In this document: piece after piece, positions 38,484-51,853 of the stretch
Layout: the number at the start of each line of letters is the position of its first letter
Numbering within the stretch: the first letter of the stretch is position 1
Assembly: GCF_038025025.1 (NCBI RefSeq)
Contig: NW_027117349.1
Span: 496,001 to 560,000 of the forward strand
DNA length: 64,000 nucleotides
DNA from: Phyllosticta citribraziliensis
Taxonomy: Eukaryota
Direction of reading: 5' to 3'
Translations under genes and position numbers: made by a program
The notes under the pieces: model-generated
Told to the model about the DNA's origin: nothing
The model's input: only the letters and a program-made list of their open reading frames with translations
Databases searched by the model: none

Positions 38484-40411
38484 TCTGGACTCGAAGTCGA
38501 GGTATTGTTCGCGATGTTGAGAACAAAGGAATGGGTCGAGGAGGTTTTCACATAGACATTGAACTCTAGCGACATCTGAAGTTCAAAGCGGCATCAGAAA
38601 GACTCGACAAAGAAGGACCGGTGCAGAGGCGTCTTGGCTGGCGTTGTGGTGGAAGAAGAGCTTGTTGTTGGTCAAAGGCCTGCGGTTGTGGCGGAGGAAG
38701 CCCAGTCTTCAACGCGTCTGTTGATGGCTCGCGCAGGCGGCTTCTGATTTCGCCGCACCACTCGGACATAGGAAACCAAAAATAACCGATGAAGATGAGA
38801 CGAATGGAGATGATAGGGCTCGACGAGCTTCAAGGGAGTAGGTGAGTGGGCCAGCACCCGAATATAGGTCGCATGCTCAATGATAATTGATTATACTCCA
38901 GCGCGAGAAACCCTTTACTTCCCGAGCACTCCATTTTTGTCGACGCAGTGCAACTTGGAAGAATCCCTCGCTGGTCTGAGCTAGGTGAACTCTTTGAGCG
39001 AGCTGCCAGTGTCAGGTCGGAACTTTGTGCCTTCGTTGGCTCGACATCCGGTCATTGGTCTCTACGATATCTACTAGTCTGATGCGCCACCAGATGCTTC
39101 GCCTCGTCTTCGGGCTGACCACATCTTCGTTCGGATGAAGTCCAAAAGTGGAAAGAAGGCTGATCCAACCCTAACATACTGGCTGTGTAGTCATGGCTAT
39201 GATCATAAGGTATAGCTCTTGTCTGAGATGTATCCAACTTCTGGGCAGGCTCACTGGTGTGCGAGGAGCCTCATGACAAGCCACTTTGCTTGTTGTTGCT
39301 TTTTCCAATCCTGCACCAACGCCTCCAGCCTTATCACACCCCCCCCCTTCCCACGCCACGGCTAATCTCGCGATTCATTGTTTCTTTCAGCGAAAGGGTC
39401 TCCGACAACATATTGCTCAACGCGTTGCTGTCCTAATTGCCTATTTTCGGAGTTGAGAAACAAAGAACACGGAAACGGGCTTGGACGGCCAGCCTCCGCG
39501 CTCATAGCAGGATTCTTTCAGAAGTCCAAATCAAGATGCATGTCCGCTAACAAAGCCTTCCAATCTTTTCGACGCGAAAACGCCCCCTGAACTCGTTGCT
39601 GGTCGGGTGGAATGGAAGACGCTGCCTGGCTGCGTTGGTGTCCGAAACATCACGATGGTGGTCAGAGAAGCTCAGCGCGGAATCTTGGAGGCCAGAGCAA
39701 GTGAAAAGGCAGTATGACGGTGATCAGCGCAGCTGGGCTGCAGGACCGACCTATTTGCGGAAGGGAGGGGAGCCGCATCATTGGCCAGGGTCGCAGTTGT
39801 TTTCTTACCACAGTCTCCTACAGTTTGAGTGTCGTCCCTTTGACCACGGCTGCTCCATTTCTGTTCTCGTTTTTTCATATCGTCATGCAACTCTCTAAAA
39901 ATTGTGTAGGCATCGTAGCTTTGTCGTGCCGACATGCTGCGGGTGAGAACTTATGCACAAGCGAAGAAACTGTCCCTGTCAGACGCGTAGCCCCTGGAAT
40001 TCAGGCATTCTCGTCGCTACCGAAATCGAGTTGGGGAAATACCTTCGTTGGGGCTAATTGCGCCTTGCGACCCGGAAGTGATGCGCAAGGATTATGAATT
40101 TGCTGATTGGGCTCCCAAAACGAATCCCAAGAGGGCTAGAAATCCTTTCGATCATTTACCTCAAGAACAAGTCCCTCGGAACCATGTCAAGACACCATGT
40201 CGCTTGCCCTCCTGACAACGGACCTGGTTTCAGTCCGTGGCGTTTCTAGAAACGGCGTGGTGTCTTCTAAGACATACTTTGCACGCCGACGCTTCAAACT
40301 TGACCTGGAAATCTTCTGGTGCTTTCCGCCGACTTTTTCTGTTTTTCCAACACCATTCAAAAAGGACATCTCCCAGAAAATTTCGAAGCAATCCGCCAAT
40401 TTGGTCTTCTG

Positions 40412-42371
40412 ATGGACCTGTTATCTTGGACCCTTGGAACGACAGTGCCAAGTCCGGAGGCACCGGTACGCGGGCCCCATGAATGCTTCTCTGGCAGCAG
40501 AACTGACCTCTTCAAGATTCTCATAGATGCAATCGACCCTTCGCAATGGCTATCCTTCAGCATGATTCGAAGCGAGGTCAGGAAGCTCATAGCGGGCTTG
40601 AAAGCGGTTGGTATTACGAGCGGAGACGTGGTGTGGGTAAACTGCTTCAACGACGTAAGTGCGAACCCCAATGCCTTGTACCTCAAGACGCTAACGGAGC
40701 AGTTGCGTTACTGCGTGATGTATCTCGGAATCATCGGCGCAGGCGCCATATTCGCCGGCATCAATCCAGCCTCTACTCCAACCGAACTGTCGCATCACTT
40801 TCAAATTACCGACCCAAAGCTCATCATCGCGGAGCCTGTCCTCTTGAACAAGACACTGTTGATGGCAGAGCAAACGGGATTCGACAAGTCCAAGATTCTG
40901 GTTTTTGACACAAGCCCTCTCAGTGCAACAACTGGTATGCAGAGCTGGCATACACTCTTGGAATATGGTGAAGGAAATTGGATAAGGCCTGAGGATCCAG
41001 AAAAGACGATTGCGACGTACAGCGCGACGAGTGGCACTTCTGGCCTTCCGAAGTGGGCTATGATTCCTCACTCGTATCTTATATCCCAGGCAGCCCTTCA
41101 ATGCTCGGGGGAGCCAGCAGAGGTAGGCACTCAATTCCAGTGTGTGGTTTCCGATACGCTCGAAAGAGTGCGTCATGGGAAATCCAGAGGCCATCAAGCG
41201 CCAACTCTCCAGAGCCGTAGTGCTTTAGTTGCTGACACGTTTCGCCAGACGACTCGACTGTTCATGCTCGCGCCATTCCACGCCTTCGGATCGCCGATAG
41301 TTCCAGCCAGCATCCGTCAAGGGATTCGAACTTACATCATGCGGCGGTATATTGAATCCCAATTCATCGATTCCATCTACCGCTTCGGTGTCACCGAGAC
41401 ATATATTGCGCCTCCGATCCTGCTGTCTCTACCTGCGTCCCCACAAACGCGTGCCGGTCATTTGAGAAGCCTCCGGAGCATTTGGGTGGGCGGGGCGAGT
41501 GTCAAGTACGCGCAGCAGAAGCCTCTCTACAAGTATCTGGACGATAGTGCGAGAATCCGGGCAGTTTGGGGTTTGACTGAGGCTGGATGGCTCACTTCTG
41601 TAAGGGATGAAAGAAGAAGGCTTGACGACAGTGTTGGCCAACGTCTAGATGGGTTTGATCTAACGTGAGTTTCTTCCTTCAAAGTCGTAATGTCTTTTGC
41701 TGAATCTTCTTCGTAGGCTGGTTGACAGGACTGGAGCTGTCATCGATAAGGACGACGTAAAGGGCGAATTGTTGATTCGCGCAAAATATCCGTTCGTCGA
41801 GTACTTGAATAATCCATCTGCCACCGCCGATGCCTTTACACCTGGCGGCTTCCTTCTCCGCTCGGGAGACATTGGTTGCAGGCGTACGGACCTAGAAACC
41901 GGCTTTGCCAGCTTCTACATTGTCGACCGCGTCAAGGAGCTGATCAAGGTCCGCGGATGGCAAGTCTCGCCCACAGAGGTTGAAAGCGAATTGCTCCAAC
42001 ACCCAGCCATAGAAGACGCAGCCGTAATAGGGGCGACCGAGAGTAACGGCGGCGAGGAGTATGTCCGAGCTTACGTTGTACTCAAGCAACGTGCTTGCGA
42101 ACCAACGACGGCCCCTGAAATCCGAGCATGGCTCCGCGAGCGTCTCTCCGGCTACAAGCTGCCCCAAGAAATCCGCTTCGTGGGAAGCATACCCCGCAAT
42201 AACACGGGCAAGATACTGCGGCGTGTCCTCCGTAATGGCGCGCAAATGCCGGGCGTAACGGCGGCTGAGTCGGGACCGGGACTCGACGACGTCAACGGAA
42301 GCCACAAGCAGGGACCCGTGAGCCCCACCACCGTTGCACGACATGCAGGCGTCAAGGCAAAGTCATCATAG
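40412..42371 (+). CDS. Adenylate-forming enzyme, 4-coumarate-CoA-ligase-like (AfeA-like); about 5 exons
   Basis: ANL motifs ATSGTSGLPK, WGLTEAG, RSGDIG, IVDRVKELIKVRGWQVSPTEVE and IPRNNTGKILRR. The start is taken at MDLLSW (40412); an upstream ATG at 40197 is an alternative. Confidence 0.88.
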
Positions 42372-43367
42372 CCTCGTGCTGGAGAGAAGCCTGTGCTCGG
42401 TGGGTGGCACGGCAGCGATGCCCGCGTGGCGTGTAAAAGGAGGCTGCCTGCCTTAATGGTAGCGGTTTCGTCCCGGGAATGTGGTCAAGCCTTTGTGAAT
42501 AGTCTGTTTGGATTTCGCATGCTTTCAGCTCGCACTGAGAATGGGGGCGCTTCGGACACAATAGCGTTGATGGTCGACTGCTGCGTCATGGTCCCTGGGT
42601 CATTCACACGGCGCTGCGGGACCGCTCTCTTCTGTCGTAATCTGCAAGTCATCAGTTTGTCGATGCAGTCAATGATGGATACGTTTACAGCATCTTGAAA
42701 CCTCATCAACGCCTCATGTGAACGCGAAGCTTCAGGCGCTCTGTATTCTTCTTTGCTTTTTAAGCCACGCTCGCGAATCTGCGCGCCTGACATCCGTCGT
42801 GAAGTCCATTGTCTTTGCGGCGCTGTCAGCCTGACGATCCTCAGTGATGTCTTGCAGTAGATCGACGACTAGCGATTCCACACACTTGGTGTAGACTAGA
42901 ATTACTCTGAATGCCTGTCTTTAGCATCCTATGATACATGCGTTAGATAAGGTGACTTCTTTGAAGTGTGGGCAGTAGAAGACAGGTAGGCTCCACGATC
43001 TCCGTGATGACTTACCGAAATGCTCTAGGTCTTTCGTCGCACAATTTGACCTAGCGGCCTTCCAATCCCGTCCCATCTCAACACCATGGGATATTTTGTG
43101 ATGAGCAGGAGGCTCACACACAGAATAGCTCTAGGAGTTCGATGATGTGAATCATCTGATAGCCTCGCAGAATTCGCACTGTAGCTTCAGCCTAGGAAAA
43201 GCCCTTCACAATGGCATACCAAACCTCACTGAGCAACTTCTCGGCGCTGCGTTGACCAACGACTAATCGCCCACGACAAATCACCGCGCCGACAAGAGTC
43301 TCTAGTAAAAGCTCTGCGATGGCTCCTCTCCGTTCTCAACTCCAACACCAACTCACAATCTCCCACG

Positions 43368-44460
43368 ATGCCTACCATGCCACAGCAGCAACAGCAGCCA
43401 AACAGCCACGGTTCCCAGGCGATGGAGGGCGTCAGAGCCGCCGAGAACGACGAGGTCCCGGACATCTACGGCAATCTCCTCCCGTCTGCCACGCTCGCGC
43501 TCTTGAAGGAGAGCCACAACCGCCCTTCGGCCCTCGCCCGCGCCCGCAAGCAGCCGGAGCATCTCAAGAAAGCCATGGCTTGGGCCAGGCAGCCGGCCAG
43601 CAACTCCAACGCCGACTGCGCCAAGCTTCTGTTCCACGGCGACAAGGAGGCCCTCAAGAGGCGGCTGTGCGAGTGGGTGAGAGACCGGATGGAGTATTTG
43701 GAGAAGGACACGCAGTGGAAGGCGGAGTCGCTTTTTGTGACGGAGAAGATGCTGCAGAAGCTGAAGCGCGCCAGGCCATTGGGCCCAAAGTTTTGCAGGA
43801 TCTGGTCGGAGATGATGCAGGCGGGCACCTCGAATGCCGTCGTCGAGGTGTGTTGGCTTGCCGTGGTTTGACCAAGATTACTGACCAGTGATGGAACAGG
43901 ACAAGAAGCTCGCGGGTTTCGAACTCGAACTCGTCGCCGCCTGGCTATTTGCTTCTTCCTTGCGTGGCACCGGCGCCACGTACTCCGGCTGGCTCGAGCG
44001 TACTGTAAAGTTCGCCCAAGACTTCGCCATGTTCCCCGAGTCGATCGACAAAGCGCGAGAACAGAACCTGGAGGCCGAACTGCTCGTCACACACGCTCTC
44101 CGGGAGGTCACCGGCAACCAGTACAGCCTCATCAACATCACCACAAGGGACCAATTGCATCATGTTACGAACATGGCCAGGTACAGGAAGATGGTGATCG
44201 AGAAGTTCTCCAACAGTGTCGACAAACGCTTCAAGGCGATCTGGAGGAAGGCGGAGAAGGCACAGCTGAAGGAGGACAAGGCGCAGTGGAAGAAGAACAA
44301 GACCAAGGCTCAGAGCAATCCTATCGACCCTGGAGCGGACACAAACGAGAAGGGCGAAGAAGAGGAGAGACCAGGAGAGGCAGAAGTCGCCTACCAGGCG
44401 CAGCTAAGCGCCGACTCTCAGCGCGCCCTCGAAGGACTTGCGCGGCTCGGCTTGGCTTGA
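43368..44460 (+). CDS. Hypothetical protein, probably two exons
   Basis: Two adjacent GC3-rich ORFs (43368-43871 and 43888-44460) with a CTGAC...CAG acceptor at ~43888. Donor uncertain; no domain recognised. Confidence 0.6.
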
Positions 44461-44926
44461 AGACAGCACCGACGAATCAATCAGAAGGACGACTGGAATG
44501 AAAGCAGCTCAGCTGATGGATTGTGAGATGGACTCGAGAACTACGATACTGGATGAGCTGGACGAAAGGAACCGAAGAGCAAGGACAGAGAGAGGTGGGC
44601 ACTGAGGCTAGGTATGAGGTCGATGATACCCACGATACCAAGTCAGCATCGATGGAAAAATGGATGATTCGACGGGGGAGAAAGGAAAAAAATTGATGCA
44701 GTGACAGAGGCTCTGAGGTGATGTTGATGTTTATCGTTGCCAGGATAGGAAGGCCGTAAGCCCCCGCAGGACCCCGCCCCGCATGAGGTGAGGTGAGGTG
44801 CCTTTTCCGCTCCACCTCCAGCTCTTCATCCGCTGGGTCGTCTTTCTTCTTACAACAACCCATTTGACAGCTCCGGTCCTCGTACCACCAATCCGCGACA
44901 GCAACCCAGCCACCACAGCCATCGCC

Positions 44927-45697
44927 ATGGTTTCAACACGCAGCCACCCGTCCGCCTTCCCACCCCCGGAAGCTTCACCAACCAAACGCGCCGGCAGCAA
45001 AGACCCAACTCCAGGACCCACCTCGCTGGGCTCAACCAACAACAACAATAATTCGGCGCTGTGGCACCACGCCCCGCGCCGCGCGATCTTGTACTGGCTA
45101 TACATTTCGCTGCCGTTGGTGACGTGGGACGCGTCGTACGTGTTCCTGCGGCCGCACTCGATGCCGGGCGGGTCGCTGCATGCGCCCATCTTCTCGCCCT
45201 ACAAAATCTACTGCGACGTCGACTACAACTACGGCTGGCCGGCGTGGGAGGACGGCCGTGGCTTCACCGCCGCCCAGAGCCTGCTCAACGTCGCTGAGAC
45301 GCTGCTGTACGTCGCGTACCTGGCCATCGTCCTGCGGGCCCCTGCGACGGGCAACTCGGCCAAGTCGAGGAAGGTCGTCAAGGGCTCGGATGCTGCAAAG
45401 GCAGTCATTCTAGGCTTTAGCGCTGCGGTCATGACGTTGAGCAAGACGGCACTGTATTTTGCGAATGAGTACTACGGTGGGTGGGAGAATATCAAGCACA
45501 ATGATTGGACCACGCTTTTCGCGTCGTGGATCTTCCCCAAGTAAGTGAAGCCTTTTCCTCCGTCTTCTTACACTCGCTGACGTCCCTGTAGCACCATGTG
45601 GGTCATTTTCCCTACCTACATGACCTACTACTTTGGCACCGAGATCGCGCGTGGACTAGAGGCTGCGACTGGTTCGCGCTCCAAGAAGGCGCAGTGA
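44927..45697 (+). CDS. Conserved fungal membrane protein, EXPERA/EBP-like; 2 exons
   Basis: LVTWDASYVFLRPHSMPGG...PY..Y..VDY.YG...GFTAAQSLLNVAE...TLSKTALY...WIFPNTMWVIFP. Intron 45541-45591. Confidence 0.75.
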
Positions 45698-46217
45698 GCG
45701 GCCGGATAGATGATGGCAGAACGGCTGGCGGTGAAACTAATAACGAAAGCTATGAGCGATACCCACTTGAAATCAGAACAGCGAGATTGAGATGGGAAGA
45801 ACGGCGTTGCGCACGATTCTTTACTTGGACACGGCTTGTTATCACCTATTCGTGTAAAATTCATTTCTTGCCAGGGGCAGTTGCCCAGCGTTGCGGCGTC
45901 GTATGGCGTCCATGTCTATTTGCTATTCGTCTTTCACTCGTCCTTGCACATTTTAACTCTTGACGTGTAGTCCTCGAAGCACAAGCTTGGTGATAATGGC
46001 CGTGGCGCACGCTATACTGGTGAGCAGGTTCGGAGCATTTAAGTCGCCTTGTGCTCATGTATTTGGGAGCATGACACTCAGGAGCATCACGCGTATCCGG
46101 CACTCTGTAGAGGAGGTTGAGGGGGAGCTTTCAAGATCCAACTCGCCACTGACGAATTGTTGGATTCCTGGATTGGCCTCAATGGCGTACATATTCATTT
46201 GTATATAACGGACCGGT

Positions 46218-48294
46218 CTACTTCTTTGCCTTCTTTACAACTCCATCAAGGGTGCCCTGTCCCGCCTGTCTCTTCTTCCCCGCGGCGGCGGTCTTCTTCT
46301 TCGTCTTCGATCCAGCGTCGTCTTCAGCTCCGTCGCTTTGCGCTTCATCCCCTCCTGCTAATCCTTCAGCGTCATCCGGGAACAGCTTCCTCCACGACCC
46401 ATCCATGACACGCTTGTCGTTGCCATACAGCCCAACACCATAGGAATCCTTCATGCCCTTCAAACAAGTGTCCCGCCGTTCTCCAAAGTCAAACAAAGGC
46501 GCGGGGTACACCTTCATCTTCCCATCCTCCTTTTCAGAGCCATCGCCCTTGATCAAACAGCCCCACTTCTTCTGATCCGCCACACTCGCCGTCCACGGCT
46601 CGTAGATGCACTTGTCCGAGAACTTAGCCAGCTCAGGGACGTACCTCCTCACGAAATCGCCGCTCTTGTCCCACTTCTTGGGGAACGCGACGGGGCTGTA
46701 GCAGCGGTAGAACTGCGCGAAGAAGGCCGTGCAGCTGAGCCACTGCCAGTTGCCCGCGTTGCACGCCGGCTCGTGGTCGAGCAGCAGCTCCGCGAAGACG
46801 GCCGCGCCGCGCTCCCACGAGATGTAGCATCCGCCGCGCGTCAGGAAGCATGCTACTGCGTGCCGTCCCAGGTGCTCGATCCAGCCTTCGCTGCGTAGTT
46901 GCCGCATCAGCGCATCGATCCAGGGGAAGCCGGTCTGCCCATGGGTCCAGCGCTGGAACTGCTGCTCGGCGGTGGATGAGTTGATGGCGTAGGAGCCGGT
47001 AGCGCGGTTCGTGGAGGGGTCAATGGTGGACTGCAGATGCCAGGGGATGAATCGACATGAGGGGTTGGCGTGTGTTTGGTGGAAGGGGTGTCCAAGGGCG
47101 GCCTGCGCGCCAAAGTACATTTCCTGAGTCCCGTCAGCCAAAAAGATCATTCAAGCATCATCTCAACAGCAGAGAAATATACTCACACGAAAGAGTAGCT
47201 GGCCCTTCAGACTGGTCGGCGGCTGGCTAGCCTGCACCTTGTGCTTGCCTTTCTTCCACTCATCGACCACGTCCTGAACGCGCCAGTAAAACTCGCGGCA
47301 GCTTAGACTGCCAAAGTGCAAGTGCGCGCTGAGGAGCGTCGTCGACGCAGGGACCTCCGTCGGCGCGCACTTGGGCTTCTCAAACGTCGCCGTGTACTCT
47401 TTGTCCTTGCACACCTCGGCCAACCGCTGGAGCGCCAGGCTCTCGCCTCCGCAGTGCGGTGTCGTGGCGGCTGGCAGCCCCAACTCCTCCATCGTCGGAA
47501 CGGCAAAATCGCCATTTGGCCCGGCGAGCGCTGAGAAAGACTGCTCTTTGCCCTCGCGCACCTGGCTATTGATGTCGGGATCGGCCGACGGTTTTTCCTG
47601 ATCAAAGTCCAGCGGCGTCTCGCCAGGGTCAGGCAGAGACTTGGGCGCTGGGATGGGCCGCGGCGGCTCTCCTAGCTTCTTCGCCACGGCCTGCACCTGC
47701 GAGATGCTCATGGTCGGTTTGCCTCCATTTCCCTTGACGAGTTCCTGCGTCGAGTGTTAGAAATATGGTCCTCTGGTTCTAGGCATCACGGCGGCACTCA
47801 CATCGGGGTCGTACAGCGTTCGCCCAACTTTGACTATAACTTCGACGCCGGCGTCTTTGGCGAGCTTGACAATGCTTTCGTCGCGGTCTCGTGCGTACAC
47901 GTCTGTGTCTTTTTCAAACACCAGGTGCGAGACTCGCCACTCTTTGAACAACTTTGGGAAGAGCGTCTGTGGGCCCTCACGAATGACGAATAGCTTTGAT
48001 TTTGGATTGGTTTTGGTTATCGAACCAGAAAGATCTCGCATGCAGTCGAGCAAGTATTGCCACCTATTAAGTCCGGTTCTGTAAGCAATGTTAGCAGAGG
48101 ACATGGGTGTTCTGAGCTCAAAACTTAGATCCATACCGCGCGCGATATACATAGTGGCTATCCCATGTCCAGCATTGCCAAAGACATTCCGGTTTGAGGT
48201 CAAGCGCAGCTTTCAAAGCTGGAGAGTCGTGGAGTCGCAGATCAGTTCTATGCCAGTAGATGACGCGAGGTCCCACGACTTTTTGTTTAGTCAT
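46218..48294 (-). CDS. (6-4) photolyase / animal-type cryptochrome family protein; 4 exons
   Basis: IYWHRTDLRLHDSPAL, TTLLSAHLHFGSLS, GQLLFREMY, GQTGFPWIDALMRQLRSEGWIEHLGRHAVACFLTRG and CNAGNWQWLS. Confidence 0.93.
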
Positions 48295-48649
48295 GGTCTG
48301 AAGAGGCGCATTAGGGAAACGAGCCGCCGTGATGGAGATGTCGAAGGAAATAGGTGTTGGGCCGTGGTAGTGTGGAGCACAAGGGCAGAAGCTGGAGCTG
48401 ATGACGGCATTCCGAGCGTAGATCGTGCCGTCGCAGGAACAAAAGATCGATCCAGATCTAGCCACGGCCACCCTTGTTGCGATCCTTGCCCTGTTCTTGG
48501 CGTCTTGCTGCATAACATCTCTTGTTTGAACTTTTGGTATACCTCGTCTGTGGCACACAAGTCCATCTACAAATGTGAATTAAGAAACCAGCAATCCAAC
48601 CCTCGCGCTCCAAACGCCCTGCACCGAGACTCAATCGCATGATGAACGC

Positions 48650-49861
48650 TCAATCATTCCACGACTCGTCCAATTCGTCGATCAGACGGTTTTCGTCATC
48701 CGAGTCGCGTCGCCGCGAAGTGACTCTGTCGCCACTAAACGAGACGCGGTTGTACCCTTGGCGGCTTGGGAAGCATCGAGCGCACGACGAGGTAAGGATA
48801 ATAAACATATCCTGGACACGGTCAGCTCAGGGAGAACGACGCGCGCCTCTCCAACGGTAGCCAAACAAGCAACTCTGGTGTGAATTTTGTCTAAAACCGT
48901 CTTCTACAACGACTTACGCTTAAAAATGTCCAAATCTGGTTCCAGAAGGAGAAGTTGGGTATCTGCCGCCATCCACGCTGGTGCATCACGGTCCGCTGGT
49001 AGACGCAGCCTCCGACAAAGTAGACCAGCACTGCGATCAGTGCAATGACTCCGAAGACTCCTCCTGGTCCTAGTTGTTGGTTCTCCACTTCGATTCCTCC
49101 ACAGGCAGCCTTGCTTCTGGCTTCGAAAAAGTATGTGCACTCGTCCGGGCTTGCGGCGACAAAGGCCACATTGACTTCGTCGGGAGCAGCCAATGAGTCT
49201 GTTTCGCAAAGCAGGGAGATGATGGTGGACTTGCGGCGCTTGTCGGACTTGTAGTTCGGGTTCTTGGTATATTTGTCATCGTCGTCGTCGTCGCCGTCGT
49301 CGTCGCCTTTGGTCTTCTTGCTCTCCCAAAGATCGTCGAGGTCAAAGTCGCGCTTGGACGCGTACGTGTCCGAGGAGCATGGCGAGCCTCCGGTGTATTC
49401 AAGGACGAGCTTCCTTCCACGAAAGATGGGTTTGGAGTTTTCTTGGCTGTTGGCGCCTGACAGTTAGCCCTAGCCTTGTATGATGAAGAAGTGTGGGAGA
49501 CCGACCCTATCGAATATGTCTTGCCATGCGAGGAATAGTACGCGCTCACGTTCCCCCAACTGGCCTTGTCCAAGCCGACGACATCATCCAACTCTTCAAC
49601 AACAGGCCCGCAGAAGTTGAGGGTGAAATTTGCGGGGTAGTCGTAGCCCTTGGCGTGCCAGCTCTCGGGATGGTCGCCAGACTTTGACTTTTTCTTCTTC
49701 GAGTCGGAGGGTTGGACGTTTATGGGGTTGAGGTCGAAGAAGCGGTCGGTGGGGGACTTGATGGTGCATGGCTTGAGCTTCTTTTCCTTCTTGTCGTCCG
49801 AGGCGGAGACGCAGGCGGAGCACAGCGCAGCAGCCAGGGCCAATGTGCTGGATAGCCTCAT
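48650..49861 (-). CDS. Mannose-6-phosphate-receptor-like vacuolar sorting protein (Mrl1/Atg27-like); 3 exons
   Basis: Signal peptide, FFDL, GYDYPANFTLNFCGPV, STIISLLC, CTYFFEARSKAAC, a TM helix, RGWRQIPN, and acidic tail DDENRLIDELDESWND. Confidence 0.85.
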
Positions 49862-50166
49862 AATGGGGTGGCAGATGGCGGATCCTGCACAGCGGTATGT
49901 AGCAACAGGCCAGATAGCGTTGTCGAGAGTGGGTGCCGGTGTTGTCTTACCTTGCCTTACGTACCTCCGGCTTGGTCGACGACCTCATCCCTGCACCTTG
50001 GCGACATCACTCCTGGACCCTGCACCGCTCTGCAGCTCTGCCTGCAGCACCGCAGTGGCCTCATCCGGCACCATTCCATCCGGCGCTACTTGGCCTGCCT
50101 ACATATATCTCCTCGCGGTGCTCCGCGCTTCTCCATCTCCATCGCTGCTGGGCCAATTGATCCACC

Positions 50167-51692
50167 ATGGCCGAAATCAGACAGAGGCGCCCGCAGCCCC
50201 ACGATTCCGGCGCGTCTGCCGCCGACGCGTCCAAGGACAAACGCGAGCATCCAATGGAATTCGGCGGACCGTGAGTGCTTCGAAATCATCTTTTGGAGAC
50301 CACAACTGACCCTCTTTCAGCATTGGAGCCCTCGGTGTGACCCTCGGAACCCCTTTCCTCTGCTACCTGTTTGCCTTTTTCTGCAACGACATCTCAGGAT
50401 GCCCTCCGCCGTCCGTCCTCCACCCGTACACGCTCTCTCTGGAACAGCTCAAGCAAGAGGTTGGCTGGCAAGGGGTCTCCAACCTGGTCAACACCAAGGC
50501 TTTTCTGGCCACGCTGGGATACTATTTCCTGAGCCTCGTTCTCGGCAAGATTTTGCCCGCACAAGAGGTTGAGGGAGTCCAGCTACGTTCTGGCGGCCGA
50601 CTCAAGTATCGCTTCAATGCCTTTTCGTCGTCCGTCGCAACTGTTGCTCTACTCGCGATTGGAACTGCCGTCTACGGCGCCCAATTCCCCGTTTGGACCT
50701 TCATATGGGACAATTTCATTCCCATCTTGACCTCCAATCTCATCATTGCCTTCGTCCTGGCTGTTTTTGTCTACGTGCGCAGCTTTTCTGTCAAACCTGG
50801 GAGTTCGGACGTCCGCGAACTGGCCGAAGGCGGCCACAGCGGCAACATACTGTACGACTGGTTCATCGGACGCGAGCTGAACCCTCGCATCACACTTCCC
50901 ATCTTTGGCGAAATCGACATCAAGACATGGAACGAAATGAGGCCCGGTCTTCTCGGATGGGTCATTTTGGACCTTGCCTTTGTCGCCCGCCAGTATAGCT
51001 CTTACGGAAAGGTCACGGCCAGCATTCTCATCGTGACCTTTACGCACGCTTTCTACGTCTTTGATGGCCTTTACATGGAGCCTGCCATCCTCACGACCAT
51101 GGACATCACAACCGATGGTTTTGGTTTCATGCTCTCGTTTGGCGACCTGGTCTGGGTGCCATTCATCTACTCTATCCCAGCCCGTTACCTGGCAATCCAC
51201 CCCAAGGAGCTCACGTACTTTGAAATCGCTTGCATTCTTGCTGTCCAAGGCGCTGGCTACTGGATCTTCCGCGGAGCCAACAATGAAAAGAACCGATTCC
51301 GCACCAACCCCAACGACCTCAAGATAAAGCATCTCAAATATATGGAGACCAAATCTGGCAGCAAGCTCCTAATTACGGGATGGTGGGGCACCGCTCGCCA
51401 CATCAACTACCTTGGCGATTGGCTCATGAGCTGGTCGTACTGCCTGCCCACCGGAATCGCCGGTTACATCGTCCTCAACGCTCCCGACGCGTCTGGTGCC
51501 GGTACAAAGGTCGAGCCTGGCGAGGCCAAGGGCTGGGGCATGTTGATCACGTACTTTTACATGGTTTACTTTGCTGTCTTGTTGATCCACCGCGAACTCA
51601 GAGACGAGGCAAAGTGCAAGGCCAAGTACGGCAAGGACTGGGACGAGTACTGCAAGAGAGTTCCGTACAAGATTGTTCCGTACATCTACTAA
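50167..51692 (+). CDS. ERG24: Delta14-sterol reductase; 2 exons
   Basis: EFGGP before intron 50271-50320, then SGNILYDWFIGRELNPR, TTMDITTDGFGFMLSFGDLVWVPF, LLITGWWGTARHINYLGD and KYGKDWDEYCKRVPYKIVPYIY. Confidence 0.95.
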
Positions 51693-51853
51693 GACTGGAG
51701 ACGGGCAAATCCACACTCGAATTCTCAGACAAGTGGTATACATGAATATCATCTGTAAAACTTTCAAATGCAATTTCTGTCAACCAAGGACCTCTAGGGC
51801 TAGAAGAGAAAACGACTATTCGGTGGCGAGTCCTGCAAGCGCCACTTCCATGC

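Noticed and set aside
44927..51692. EXPERA-like gene and ERG24 as a sterol cluster
   Set aside because: Unrelated genes lie between them and a sterol role for the EXPERA-like protein is unproven.
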